A stretch of DNA of 64,000 nucleotides from Camelus ferus (lineage: Eukaryota). The position numbers and the translations under genes are program-made. Shown piece after piece: positions 49,834 to 64,000 of the stretch (its first letter is position 1; each line of letters begins with the position of its first letter). The stretch is from assembly GCF_009834535.1 (NCBI RefSeq), contig NC_045697.1:62746001-62810000 (forward strand), read 5' to 3'. Below the pieces are notes generated by a model, which made no database searches, had not been told where the DNA came from, and was given only the letters and a program-made list of their open reading frames with translations.

Positions 49834-51384
49834 GTATGTGATGTTTCTTGAAAATAGTCACTGCTTGCACCATAATGTGTGGACTGGAATATATAGAGAA
49901 AGTTAATCATCCCAGGTACACGTAGGTATAGTATGGTCAGGGTGGGGTCATCACCTGAAACTCAGTGTATGATATTAAATAAGTCAAAATGCAGAAACTA
50001 GTAATACTTGCCTCTTATGGATGTTTTTAGAGTATGTGAGGTAATAAAGGAATATGATTAGCCTGGTGTCTGGTACTTGGTAAGTCTTCAGTGAATGTTA
50101 CCACTTATGTTTGTTTCTATTTTTACTATTACTATCTTACTATGACTTTTACTCTACAACCTGACCAACAACTCTGTCCTTTAATCCCTTATGAAATGAC
50201 ACAGTTTTAAAGGTTTATTGGTAATTTCCCTTTCCTACTAGGTCAAAGAGAAGTCCATAATTTGGCAAAATACTAATTGCAATTATACATGGGAGAGCAG
50301 CTAAGTGAGGCCTTTCTTCTTGTGTCAATTTTAATGACTTGTGTTATTTAGGTTCTTTTTTAAAATTATGTAATTATCCTAAAATGTGGGGCTGAGTAAT
50401 TGATAAATTCTCTGAATTCACACAATAGCTCAGCCGGGGGTGTTCCAGGGAAGCCTACAATAAAAACTATAATTGCCATTCAGGCCATGATGGCTAATGT
50501 TATGCAAATTGTCATACAAATAACTCAAGCAGTGAATCGGACAAATTGGCAGTCTGGAAAAGCAGCGCAGTGAGGATACATAAAATCAAGGTGTTCCTTA
50601 GTCCCTTGAGGAATAGCTGAGGCTCATGGTCCTGAGGCTGAGCACATCTTAGGGATCTGGGAGCACTGAGCTCCAGTTCTGCTTCCAGCATTTACTCCCT
50701 TTGTGACAATTTCCTTGTCGACATGAAATACAAAGAATGCATTGTTAACTCCTTAGTAAGGAAAATATAAGCACAATAACCCCTATCATACAGTCCTTCT
50801 AAGTTCACAGTGAGCTCTTTTTCTCTTTAAACAAACTAGAAATACGTATTTTTATTCTCAATTCTTATCTTTCTCTACCTTTGAATGGGTCTTTCCATTT
50901 AGTCACTATTTCAGTACATGCACAGTGTTTGTCACTTTCCCTTTTTTTAAAAAACATCTGAGCCACATACACTAGCAATCCAGTTTGCCAAAGAGGGAGC
51001 ATGGAGTCCAACAAGAATGCAACTAACTGCTTGAGTTCACCCTGATTAAAGAGTCCTTTCCCAAACCACCTTATTTTCTATTTAGCTTTAGCTGCTTGGA
51101 CTAGAGAGGATATTTCACTGCACAGAGTCATTTGCTGGGTATAATTTATGGAAATAAACACAGATAAATGATTAGCCTACTTTCAGAGATGGAAAGGAGT
51201 CTTATAGCTCATTTTAAAATTGAGGAATAATTTCACATAATTACCTGTCAAGTTATAGCAGAAACTAAAACCCAGTCTCCTAAAACCCAGTTTGTTATAA
51301 TGCATTTCCCCCACATAATCAGGTTTTATCCACGAAAGTGACTACTGTTGTCTCCACATAGTCATACATGACAAAGTCTGGAAA

Positions 51385-51600
51385 ATAAGAGGGGAGGCTA
51401 AGTTACACAGTGTGGATTAAAATCCCAGCTCGACCACTTTTAGACATGAGACTTCCAGCAAATTATTCCATCTCTATTTCCCTTGGGTTCCTCATCAGCA
51501 AATCAGGATAATAATAATACTTTCCTCATAAAACTAATGTGAGGATTAAACAAGATAATATACATTTATGTCATAGACCCATTTGATAAATATTAGCTAA
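51385..51600 (+). mobile_element. MIR SINE
   Basis: aatcccagctcgaccactt...ggttcctcatcagcaaatcaggataataata...gtgaggattaaa. Confidence 0.65.
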
Positions 51601-52159
51601 AAATTGAAGTCACAGGAATAAGAATAAGGCCAAATTGTATTTATGATTTACATTTGTATATATAAAGCCTGCAATTTTGTACCATTCATTACTTATATTG
51701 ATTGTTAATCTGAAATGTTACAGTTTCATTTCCCTTTTATGTTTTTTTCCCAGAAACATTTTCTCACGTTAGATCACTTCCTACCCCTTCTCTCTCAGAG
51801 ATATAATAAGAATTGAAATAAAATAAATTACCCTCTTAAACTATTTAAAAATTAAGATTAAAATAAGTTTCAACATTGGTTTAGTGAAAAGCATTATCAG
51901 GGGAAAGTTATCATATCTTTAAAAAATTTAATGATAGGTATGAATTTAAAATACCAATGAGTATAACCCTTAATCTTTTTTGTAATGTGTCTAAAGAAAT
52001 TCAATTCAAATTCTCATTATTATAATGAGAAGAAGAATAACAAATAACACTTACTGGACGCTCATATTTCAGGCATTGTTTCAAACACTTTAATTATTCC
52101 AAATGATAATTTCATGTGAGACAAATGATCAGTTTTCCCCCAATTGCTCTCCTCTCTAG

Positions 52160-52266
52160 ATCACAGAAGATATCAAATCCTATCTACAGGATGCAACATA
52201 AAATTGTGACCTCTTTGGAATGGAAATGCTGTCCTGGATTCAGTGGCCCAAAATGTCAGCTAAAAG
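52160..52266 (+). CDS. MMRN1: Multimerin-1 coding exon 3 (EMI domain, C-terminal part)
   Basis: tag|A...; SQKISNPIYRMQHKIVTSLEWKCCPGFSGPKCQLK; donor G|gtaaat; 107 nt, phase 2-1. Confidence 0.97.
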
Positions 52267-55200
52267 GTAAATTCTAATGTTAGTTTTGTAGTAACAATTA
52301 AAGGCTTGAAACTTCTGAAGAATAAGCAACTGATTTCGGTTAAGGGTTGCATTTCCCTCTTGAACCAAAGTTAATTAACACGTAGCGAAATGATCAAGAC
52401 TGTTACTTTTCTAGAGCTTCCTAACCTGGGAGCTATTCTTGCACCCTAAACTCTCATAAGGTATCCTTTAACTTGATTTTTATGTTGGTCTCAATGATGG
52501 ATAACTGGAGATCTGACTAAATATCTTACATGTTCTTAGCTATATGCCATAGAGATGTGCCTTATTAAAATATCAGAAATCCTAATTTTATACTTTTAAA
52601 TAAACTATCATTAGAAGTGACTCCATGTAAAAATAGGTTTACCCTCTAGTTTTGTTCCAGTTCAGTTATTTGAAACAATATGGTCTATGAATGAAATTTG
52701 GTTTTAAAGAATACATGAATGTGTCATGAATAATTCTGCTTTTTTCAAAATATCCTAATGGAGCCACTTTTTCAACAGATTTTAAGGATTTTCTGGTGGC
52801 AGGCTGATCAAACACATGGTAACCTGCTGTGGCCTAACATCCATGTGACCATTATTTTGCTTTCAGCTTTAAACAGGTTTCCTTTGGAAAATAAGACATG
52901 GCATCAGCATACATATTTTAAATGAATGAATATTACAAGAAAGGCCATTAGCAGCAGTGGGGGATTCAATCAGCAGTGTAAGAGACTGTGATTAAAAATT
53001 AATGTAAGTGTGGAGAAACCATTATGATTCACATTTTTTTAAAAAAAGAAAGCTGTAATACAAAAGCTCTAGGAAACCTGCAGTTTAGTTAGGGTTATTG
53101 TATATGGTTCTAGCCCATTCAGTGAGAATCTGTAGGCAAATTTCACTGTAACACTATTTATTCTGGGTCTGGCTTAAATTTCAGAGAGGTTATAAAAAAT
53201 TTAATGCATGTTTAGAGTACAGCATGAATATGCACTTCTTTTATAATCAGATAAAAAAAGTTTTAAACAAAGTATCACCTAATATCAAAATATTTGGAAA
53301 CAAGGTAATTTCGCATATTCTAAAAAAAACTCCAAAAAAGGACCCTGCTTTCAAAGGACTGCTGATTTCCACAAGGTGCACAGATATACTCAGAGTGGTA
53401 AAACGTATTTGTTTATAACCTTATATGGCAGATGGTGAAGAGTTCTGGAGGGCATTTAGAATTATATTTCTAAAGCCTAAGATTAATTTTTGTATTTCTC
53501 TTCTGATGAAGAAGATATCTTAGGAATAGCAATTCCATTATCATTTCTTAAAGATTCAGTGTTTGTTCACAACATACTCTTCTAGAAATTGAGAATGTCA
53601 TTACACACCCTATTGTACATGAGAGACTGAATGGGGACATGTGGCAGGAAGCAAAGTCTGTATGTCAAAGAATGTCATGGGTTCCAGCTGATGAGGACTG
53701 TTTTGCTTCCTGCTTCTTCCTTTTATACCTGCTAATCGATTATTAATCACTATGGTGGACTCTATACACCTAGGAGGGGAAAAAAACCTACAGTTCCATC
53801 ATTATAAATATACACACAGAAAACAGAACTCGTTGACAGTTTTAAATATCTACCATGTGCTGTTATTGCCTTTTTTAAGTATTACGTGAAATATTTGAAT
53901 TGAATTCAGTTTAGGTTTCATGGTTTAATGACACCTTGTGTTCTGATGGAAGCAACCTGTGGAAATCTCTTCCAAATTGTTATCTTGAACCCCCATTGAC
54001 AAAAATGTCCCAGAATAGTTCTGACTATGACTTTCTGTTACAACATGGTAATTAGAATTACTTATAATTCAGGTATCTGCTGATTAAGCTGCTGCGGGAA
54101 GATCTTTCTATTGAAATCTATGGCAGGAATAATTTTCTGATGGAAGATATGCCCATTGTGTTGTGCTGTCGTACAATCAATTCTTATACAACTGTGATTC
54201 CAGAAGAACCTACTGTCGCCCTTTCCAATATTCTGACCATCATAGTCTTCACTTTTACTGCAGTACTGAGAAGCTGTTGAATTTTTTATCAGTGCGATTG
54301 ATGCACTGGTAGTATCAAGAACTACTGTGTCTCTCTGTCCCTTGAACCATTCCTCATTTTCTCATCTACCCTTGGGTGGGGGAGGGGGTTCCGTATATTT
54401 TCCTTCTGATTCCTACCCAATTACACTGCCAAGTTCCCCCTCCCCCTTTCATTACATTTTATATATGTGCCAACAGTCTTTTATTTTTATGTGGGAGAGA
54501 AAATTGTCATGTTTCCTTTGACAGCACTCTCCATGCTGTCTCGTATGACAAGCACCTCCAAATATGGCAAGAATAATCAGCGTGGCCGATCTGCCTTTAA
54601 ATCTCTTCAGAGCCCTCAAGGGTTTGGAATAACCTGGTTATGTAGCTACCAGGATAATTACTTCAGGGCTAGCCCTTTATAACAAAAGGAAATTATTTGA
54701 TTCATCAAAAAAGTGTAAAATATTATGTGAATTTTACAAATTCTTGTCTTCCCAACAAGTTTCCTTCCCACAACAAAATAAATTTCATAATAGGAAAGTT
54801 ACTATTTCACTTTAGTTTAAATTGCAGTAGGGAGGTATTTTAAATATACAAAAGATCATTATATCAGTCATAAAATGGAGTTGCTGATAACTATACCCTC
54901 ATTTATTTCTCCTCTTCCACTTTCCACTCCTCTCTTTTTCTGTTTCCTTCTCTCTCTCTCTAGACCCATCCCCAGCCTGTTAGGAGGGGATGTTGTGATT
55001 CAAAATCTGTGGGGCAATTCTTCCTGTTTTATTCCCCAGTATGCTGTTTATTATATTACTGAACCGCCACACATACTCTTTTTGCTGCAACTCAGATCAT
55101 CAAAATCCTGGTAATAAGTTCTAGATTAGCTTCTTAAAAATATTAGTCATACTGTCAAAAGGAAACTAAGTTTTAAAAAGTCTAAGTGAATAGAATTTTG

Positions 55201-58200
55201 TTGGGAATAAAAAAAAGCATTGAGTCCAACAGCAAAGTAACAGTTTTGATATGTTTTACATTTGTTATGCTTTTTGGGGGGGGGGGGTCAACAAGTCTGT
55301 CTTCAAAAAGGGACCTAGTTTTGTGATATGATATCTAAGACTTTTTTTTTTTTAATGTCAGCAACAGTATACTTTATAAACCAATTTTATAAAATTTGCA
55401 GTAATGTGCTTTTCCAGTAGATGTCTCTAAAATGTTCTGAAGTAATACAAGGAAGTTGTGGCTTGCTCTAGTGACAGGAAAGACAGGAATTTAAGTTCAA
55501 ATAATGTTAGATTAGAGAGGAGGAAAGGAAAACTTTGTAAATCTGTATTTAAAAAATCCTCAGCTTTAATTAGATTTTCTATCTAGGAAAAAGGTATTTT
55601 ATAAAATTGTGTTTTATGAAATCTATCATGATTACTATAAATGTTGAAAAAAATGGAATAAAATGATCCAGCCATGTTATGAATGTTATGAATATATAAA
55701 AATATTTCATTTCATAAATGTTGTACACTAAATGAATTATGTAAGAGTTATTGTCACTAACATTTTAAATATGGGGCTTCTCTAGTAAGATTATTTTAAA
55801 TATTACTACAATTAATATGAAATAAAAGTTATAATATTTAAAACAGAAAAAAACCCTGTATTCTTACATTTTTGCATATCTAATTCTTCCCAGTGGTGAT
55901 TAATGCTTGAAAAAGGACATTATGTCCTATAAACATTTTGCTTAATGAAATTATGATGCATTTAGTCAAAAACACCAGGTACCTTAATTCTTTGTTGCAG
56001 CAAATTGTCTAATTCTATTTAACTACTAAATCTCAGTAAATCTTTCCACATGTACTGAATATCACCATGCAAGCACTCACTGGATATCAAAGAAGCAACT
56101 AGAAACTGGTGTTGTCAAGCCAGATAGGAAAGTTTCTGGTTTTAAGGGGAATGAGTAAGCTTTCTCATTACAGAGTTGTCATTAATGACTTCTTCTACAT
56201 GCCTCAAAGGCCTGGAAGAAGAAAAAAACATTTACAAATAACACCTGTCTAATTAAAGAAAAGAAAGGAAGAAAGAAAGGGCACCTAATAAGGAAGCTGC
56301 TGCTCTTCACACTTGCTGACCTTGCTTCTCTGAGTCCTTGATCTGCCAAGATCAGAGTTTTAGTGCCAGGAAAAAAGATGTATTGGGAGAACAGAAAAAA
56401 AGAACTCCAATTTTTAAATTTTTAAAAACTCTGAAGTACACAAAATCTTTAAAAGATATTGGGTTTAAACAAATACCCGTCTGTCTCAGCACCAATCTCT
56501 TAGAAAGGACCAAGAAAAAGAGAGTTAAACTTTTGCACTCTACGAAACAAAGCAAAGGTCTGTGTTTAAGTGTAAGATAAGATAGATTGCCTGGAAAACC
56601 CAGAATCTGTGGCAGTCCTGTGTAGAGACTACATTGGGAAGATAGAAAGATTGCTAAATGAAAAAATAAAAGAGCATAGATCAACCTGGAATTTTATCAC
56701 AGGAGAGTAACTGACTCCACTGTCAGAGATTACATCAGGGCTTTCCCACTGGCTAAATTCCGTGAAAGAACTTGGGATGAATGCAAGTATTGAACTTCAG
56801 TCAAGAAACAGAGCTAAGGGAAAAGATAACAAACCATTGGATTTGTTAAACAGGCATTTCAGGTTTTTAACAGCCTGGGCAGAGACTCCATCTAATGAAT
56901 TCCAGAGAAAAGAGGTTCCTGTGACAACTGGATCTCAGAGACCTTTGTTTGATGCTTAATAGTGGTTTCTTTTACTTAGGAGTACAATTTCCTCACTGAT
57001 TTCCTCCTGAAACAATTAATTTAAAAATAACTATGGCTAAGAGCAAATGGAAATTTTTATGTGCATACACGTAATTACATTAATTTTTGTCATTCAGTAT
57101 TTAAAGGATTTTTCCAATTACATTTCTTTCAAAGCAGTCTTTTAATAACTTTACAAAAATATGGAGAAATTTTGATTTTTATTTCATAGATATTATGTTA
57201 GCACATGAGGAGGTGTGACCCACCAAAGACTACTATGCAAGAAAACTAAATATTTCCTCTCAATTTTATGTGTTATTCTTTGTCCCTTTTGATATATCGT
57301 TTTTCTTCCTGAAAACTTTCTTAATTTTCCTGTCCCACTTGTCACTGACTTTAAAGTTTTTTTCATCTTTTTAGTTCTTATTTCTAATTTGCTTATTTTC
57401 TCTAGCATGTCACTTTGTATTCCCTCATTTGCAACGCAATAACATTTCTCCAGATCGCAGGAATGACACTTACTTGAAATTCTTTTGAACCTAATGTCAA
57501 TAGGCAATTACACGTAAATTCTCTCCCTTTATCTCCTTTCTGTTCTTGACCCTTTACCTTTTACCCAGGTTTGGTTTTACTTCTTATCCATTCATGATGT
57601 TGCCTGGACCGGTGGCACAGAGACAACTATGACTTGATGAAGTACTCCCTCAAATATGACCCTAGCGCACATAATATACCTGCTACTTCCTCTTGTGTGA
57701 ATGTGTCTGTGTGCTTGTGTGAGATTCCCTGCTTTCCTAGTCCTTCTCAAATGGGGCATACAGAATGAAATGCAATGTTATAATCTCCATATTAAATATA
57801 CAACATGCAATACCTTGTAAAGAGGGAGATGAAAGAGACCTGAATTCAACAGAATATGATAATGCAATATAAAATAATGCTTTACTATTTATAATAAAGC
57901 TTTAGCAAAGTATTCCAAATCCCTGAAAGGAAGCCCTATGTAAAATGCTGTTGTGACTTTTATTGAGGTCACTCCACTTTAGTCAGGATCATGAGCACCT
58001 CAGCCAATCTGCCTCTTGATTATGAGGAGGGGGTGGGAAGGAGCCATATTCAAACATTTGACAACTAACTCAGTATAAATGTATAAGTCAATATAAAAAT
58101 CAAAAATTAAGAATGCATTACTTTTTATTTTCATACGTTAAGGCATATGTTATCTATATTACAAAACTACATACCAAGGAATATTAAAGCATAACACAAA

Positions 58201-59416
58201 TCACTCACTGTATCATTCAAATAATTTCTAAACAATTTATTAACTTCTACAAATTATGAGTGTGCTCTTTTATTTTTGACATAGATGACACCAATTAAAT
58301 GATGTCCCTGTCAGAGATATGATTTAATATAGGAAATTGCCTAAACTTCCTTTAAAGACTTCACCAGATTTAGAGCCATTGGGTGACATGAAATCTCAGT
58401 AAGTTTGTAGTTTCTTTTAACATCAATGATATTTCCTATACTGCTGAATTATCTGTTAGATAATGCTGAATTGACAATGGTTGCATTCCATTTTTTTAGC
58501 CCTTAAATACTGTGTTCATTTTTTAATATTCAGTATATTTATTATCAATTAAATCATAAAAATTCTTGGAGGAATATCCTATTTAATTAATTCATAGAGC
58601 TTGGCAAACATCATTTGGCCAAATTTAGGGCATAATAAATCAAGGAACTTAAACATCTATTATATTTTTGAGTTTTGTCATAAAAATTCCATTTTCATAT
58701 GATTTACTAGAAAATCTATATTTTCTCCTATAATTTACCCCTTATTAATTTGTGTCAAATAGTATATATAAACATTTTTCACATCTAAAATCTTTTTTTC
58801 AGTTTCCAAATGTCTCCAACTCAACAAGTGGAACATTTTTCCCCTTGTAAAGTTAAAAAATGATTGACATCTCTTTTAGAATATCACTTCTGAAAACCAA
58901 CTCTCATTTTGCTTTTTATAAAGAAGCTTGTTTTCCAAATGCTAAACATAAAGCTGATTAGTAGTGATATACCTATATCAGAATTATTCTGTCAGGTAGG
59001 TTCCATAATATTTTCCTTTTCTGAAATGATGTACTACTCCAATTATATGATAATGTTTAAAAGTTTAATCTTTTTCCAAAATATTTTTATTTTATTGATT
59101 TTTATTGACATTTGATAAAGTATTTTTAAAGCTTTTATTATTTCAGAAACTTTGCTTTACTTGAACATTTTTATTATTACAAAAGTTTATTTCACAAGAC
59201 TAATTTCATAAAGTTCTTTAATTTTTTCTCTTGATGCCTGCAAATGAACTTTAACAGAAATTGAATATCCTTATGAGAAAAAATAAATCTAGTAATTTTA
59301 ATTTAAATGATCAAATTTAGGTCATTATTTGAAACCAACATTTACATATCAAGTAAGAAACGACCCACTGATTTTTGTTGAAAATCAAGTTGATTTTTAT
59401 TTCAAAAACACAAGGA

Positions 59417-59548
59417 GGGGGGGATATAGCTCAAGTGGTAGAGCACTTGCCTAATATGCAGGAGGTCCTAGGTTCAATCCCAAGTACCTCTTCTAAAAAA
59501 GTTTTTTTAAAAACCCTAATTACCTACCCCCACCCAGGAAGAAAAAAA
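59417..59548 (+). mobile_element. Camelid tRNA-derived SINE (Vic-1-like)
   Basis: A box TAGCTCAAGTGG 59427-59438, B box GGTTCAATCCC 59471-59481, tail cctaattacct-C-rich-A-rich. Confidence 0.85.
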
Positions 59549-60711
59549 TTTATGTTTTATATTTAGTTGTTGATGTTTTTTATTTTGATATTTTACATAG
59601 CAAAAGATATTCCAGACTAACTTCATTTTTGCCGTGTATTATTAAATAATCCAGGACTAGTTTCATTATTGATAATATTTTTTCCCCTCAGATTCAAAAA
59701 ATTCATACTATGATATCTAAAAGAAATGCTTTGAAAATTTAAACCTTTGTCTCTTTTCCAGTGTTTTTAATAATTGATCGTAAAATTTTTAATGCTATTT
59801 AGAAAAAACTATGTACTGATACAGTAAGTGTGTACTAACAAGTAAACTACAGTCAGCACCAATTTGGAAAGTAACTACTACATAAATCATACATAATGGT
59901 AAATTGATGATTCTGCTAAAACATTAAATGTTTCATAAAATCTATGTAGTGCTTGAAATGGGCCAACAAACTGCTAGTTCTGAAAAACAGTTCTCAGATG
60001 TTGTTACAATAGGAATTCCACTTATCACATACCCTACAAGATATCTCTTTCATTATGCGCTCACAATTAACTTGCAATAAGTTAATGTTATAATTTTTAT
60101 AGCTCTTTATCAGTTACTACACTTTATATATTTGCCAATAGGTATGGCTGTATTTCAGTATTTTAATCATTGGTAGGTCCCACTGGTGCTTACTGACTAA
60201 ATACAATCTTGAAGTTGGAGTATGTGGAGTGTACCAGATGGGCGTGAGGAGCCAGAGCCTCAGTGTTGAGTGGAAAGGCCTTCTTATTTCTGAGACATTG
60301 TCAGTGGGCTCTAGATTTGACTGCTGGGAAGGCAAGCTCAAACACTTCACAGGCTTTCATGCTTAGGAGAACCCCTTCAGGGAGCTTGTGTCATAACAAC
60401 AGAGAGGACAGCATTATCTACACGAGGGGTCTGGGAATGTGCTAACCATACTCCACCCCTGCCCCACTTCACTTACTCCTTAAAGAGGCCTGCTTCTCTA
60501 TGGAATTGTAGGTAGGAGATTCAAGGTTTTTATTCCACCAATGTTTTAATAAATCATGTCTTTAATGAATGCTCTTGTTATCAACAAGCACGTGTGTTGG
60601 TTTAAAAATCTATGAAGGTCAATTTCTGGATTGCAATTTTAACCTAAAAATATCTGGTATTTTCTGCCTTAAAACAGTGAATTTATTTACTAGAATTAGA
60701 AGATTCTAAAT

Positions 60712-60898
60712 TAGTGCTTCTTAACCAGGGTCATACATCAAAATCACCTGCAGCGTTTTAAAAACTACACACATATTCAATTCCCCAGAACAGATCTACT
60801 GAATCATAATCCCCAGGTAGGGGAATGGACGACACGGACACTTCGTGTTCCAGAGTTTACAGATGCTTCTCATTTCTAACCATGATGAAAAAACACTA
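60712..60898. mobile_element. MER5B-like DNA transposon
   Basis: agtgcttcttaacc...catcaaaatcacctg...actgaatcataatc...gaaaaaacact termini. Confidence 0.5.
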
Positions 60899-61296
60899 TT
60901 CTAAAAAAAAGCGTAAAAAAACAAACAAGCAAAATCACGTAATATGCATTAAAATTTCATGATAGAAAAAGAAATTTGAATAGCAACCGTGTTTTGTATG
61001 CCACAAGACAATACGGTCTTTGATTTTACCATAACTGTGCACCGCTTCCCTCTTCCTGCCAAGTTGTGATATGCCTTTCAATGCACCAGATCTCTTTGTT
61101 TTCCTATGATCTAGCTCCAAAAGGTAAACAGTAAGAAAATGAAAAGACCATTCATTCATCCCATTAAATCCACCTGTTCCTTTTGCTATAAATACTTACA
61201 AGGTTGTATCCTGAACGTTCTTCCACTGCTAAGAGAACACCTGGAAGGTAGTGAGGTGGAAAGTCACTAAGGAAGATTTATCTTGATGCTCTGCTC

Positions 61297-61481
61297 CAGT
61301 GGTTCTCAAACTTCAGTGTGCATTGGAGACACCTGGAGAGCTTGTTCATCCACAGATTGCCACCTCACTCCAGAGTTTCTTCAATGAGCAGGTCTGGGGT
61401 GGAGCCTGGAAATTGTACTTTTAATGGTTTCCAGGTGACGCTGATACAGCTGATTCAGGGCCCCTGGTTTGAGAATCAGTA
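61297..61481. mobile_element. MER5A hAT MITE
   Basis: cagtggttctcaaa...tttgagaatcagt imperfect terminal inverted repeats, ~185 bp. Confidence 0.8.
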
Positions 61482-62839
61482 GCTTTACCCTCTAGCTACC
61501 TTGTTGGGTGGATATATTTTAGCTGCCAGGAAAATGCTTTATTACATTATCCAAGAAGGAACCTTGATTTTAAAAATTACAGAATTATTTAATAGACATA
61601 GTTGTATAAATTAAGCTGAATGTGGACTATAAGAATTATTGCTAGGACTTAGCAGAAAGTAACACTTTTCACCACCTACTGCAGCCCCCTTGAATAAGTA
61701 CACTTTTCCCCAGTGGCAGATTGTCTTCTTCCACCAAATAAATCAACAATTATGCAGGACTTTCTATAATGCAGCGGAGAGGAAAAAAAAAAAGAAATGA
61801 AATCAAAACAAAAACCTTGGACATGAATGAAGATTCATTAATTTAGCTCAATGCCCTGAAGAAAGCAATGCAAAATTCAATCTAACGATGGAGACTAACT
61901 CAGATTAGTGCCAAATATATCATACTTTCTATGGAGTAGAGATGCTTTAGTACTACTGTCACAGCCACATATGCCTTAGGGAGCATATTAACATGTGCCA
62001 GAGGTACAGTTTCATTGGTACATAATTTCACAGGGGAAGAAGCAAGCAGACACCAAACACTTGTTTTCTCATGTCTGATCCACAGGCTTCAATAAATAGT
62101 GTTCATTAGAAGTCTGCAAATTACAGACATACATTACTTGATGTGTTCAATATATTTAATAAATCTTCCTTCCAAATTGTCCTCGAAAAATTATATTGCC
62201 ATTTAAAATACTTCTTGATTCATGGGAAATGAGAAGCAATTCTTTAGTAGAGTAGATTTATTTGATAAGAATTTCTATTTTTCTGAAATTTCACTTTTTA
62301 TTTGAGACGTGCCGGGTGATGGTTTACTTTGTACTTGAAGTCCTTATGTTTTGAGCCTATGTATTTCTTAAAAATCTGTGGCACTATCACTTAAACAGGT
62401 ATTCTTTCAGTAAAGAACCTGTAGTTCTCCCTTCCAAGTGGGCAGCAGCTGGAAATTGCATTGTTAAACAAGCAGTCTTTGTGGCAGTCCGCTTATAAAG
62501 CGGCTATAGCTTTTAACACGGCTGATTTTGAGTCGCCTCAATTATGCAGGTGGTTTACGTCTGCCAGTTTACACAGCTTCCCCATGTCCAGGTTCACCTA
62601 AAAGGAAACTCGAATAATTTTATTTTTTTCCAAACAGAACCAGAGTCTTGCACTTCCGACACCGACGCGGCAGCACATTGCCTTGCGGATGGGGGTGGAG
62701 CACTTGACGCTGCAGTCCTCGCAGAGCATCGTGCTTCAGTACACGGGATAATGAATGTCGGCCACATCATTGCTCAGGACTGGAAAAAATGAGGCAGCCC
62801 CCATGCTTAACTCTCTCTTCTCTTTTTGCTTCGGTCCAG

Positions 62840-62947
62840 CCCAGGAGCAGCAGCAGCTGATACAGAGCAACCAGGCTGAGAGTCCCACCGCTGTTGGCAG
62901 AGGGACACCGGAGCAGCAACAGCAGCACCAAGACTGCGGTGACCCAG
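62840..62947 (+). CDS. MMRN1: Multimerin-1 coding exon 4
   Basis: ccag|CC CAG...; AQEQQQLIQSNQAESPTAVGRGTPEQQQQHQDCGDP; donor CAG|gtcaca; 108 nt, phase 1-1. Confidence 0.95.
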
Positions 62948-63810
62948 GTCACAGATTGTAATTCTACTGTTCTTAACCCAGTCATTGTCAACGCTACTTA
63001 GGACGACTTCCAAACAAGAGACCGCTTTGCTGTCAAATGTTTGATGGTGACATTAACATCCCTCTCAGTCCTTTTCTATTACTGCTGCACATTGCGGGAA
63101 ACTGTGCGTGAGCTGCAGGTTCCCAGCCTGAAGGGACCATGTATAAGTATTGAAGTTCTGTGTGCAGGCACAGAAGGAGACTAACCGTCACACTAGGTTG
63201 TAAGGAAATCACAGGTTTCCAAAATAAAGTCAAGGAGAACCTCGGAAGAAGCTTGATGTGGATGGAAGGACTCGATCATTTTAAGGGCTCTAAGAAGGCT
63301 CTCTTCCACTGGTTGATAAGAGATCACCAAGAGGTGTTGATAGCCGACTAGGGCCAGGAATTGTGGCTCAGAATCAGCAAGAACCTCCTGTTGACCTAAA
63401 GTTGACATGGCACATATTTTCTCATCTTTTTCATCTATTTCTCCATTTCTTTTAGACCTCATCTCTTAGAAACATAAAGTTGGTAACTGCTAAAAACATC
63501 TCACTGTGTTTAGTATGTATCTAGTCATACAAAACAAGGCACTCAAATTGAGAAATCTGATACAAGAGGCTCTCTTTAAGAATGCAGGTGAATGTATCTT
63601 AGAAACTCTATTCAAACTTTTTTTTAAGAGATTGAAATTCAGTATTTTCATAAAATACCATAAAATCCTCCTTGAATTATTGAAATGCATGTGTAAAGGC
63701 ATGGAAAGTGTCACTGCTCTATAAAGTGATTCAAACTAAATTCTGAATCTCATTATCTCATTGAAGAATACCTCAGTGAAGAATAAATTTCTCAGAATAT
63801 AGATACAAAT

Positions 63811-63857
<47 letters not shown>

Positions 63858-63900
63858 GCGATCTATCTATCTATATCTATCTGCCTATCTATCTATCTAT
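63811..63900. repeat. (TCTA)n microsatellite, interrupted
   Basis: Direct reading of tandem tcta units. Confidence 0.95.
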
Positions 63901-64000
63901 TTGGCTACACCTATTTTATACTAGAGCATTGTATTTGAAAGCAGAATATGAGTCAATAGGTCTGTAGCCTCAAGCAAGTTATTTTGATTTTTCTGACCCT

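Noticed and set aside
59417..59493. tRNA gene
   Set aside because: Has A and B boxes but a SINE-type tail and no intact cloverleaf; called as a SINE.
1..64000. Remaining short ORFs in the six-frame track; CRISPR or other prokaryotic systems
   Set aside because: Short ORFs are chance or repeat-derived; the DNA is mammalian and has no repeat-spacer arrays.

Overview
Mammalian genomic DNA, most likely a camelid (Vic-1-type tRNA-derived SINE at 59417-59548, camelid-like L1 tails). The window holds the 5' half of multimerin-1 (MMRN1) on the + strand: coding exons at 33618-34205, 49714-49833, 52160-52266 and 62840-62947, plus a probable upstream non-coding exon ending at 21140. As given, coding exon 1 has a +1 G frameshift just after the RGD motif. 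The main unexpected signal is an unrecognised, decayed multi-exon gene on the - strand. Six closely spaced GT-AG exons at 21693-19992 splice in phase into 188 codons with only two stops. Weaker phase-compatible exon candidates run from inside MMRN1 intron 1 (about 39.7 kb) down to about 11.3 kb, so the two genes may be interleaved head-to-head. The rest is mostly L1, L2, MIR, MER5, LTR and ERV relics. Repeat family names are from recall of consensus sequences and repeat boundaries are approximate.
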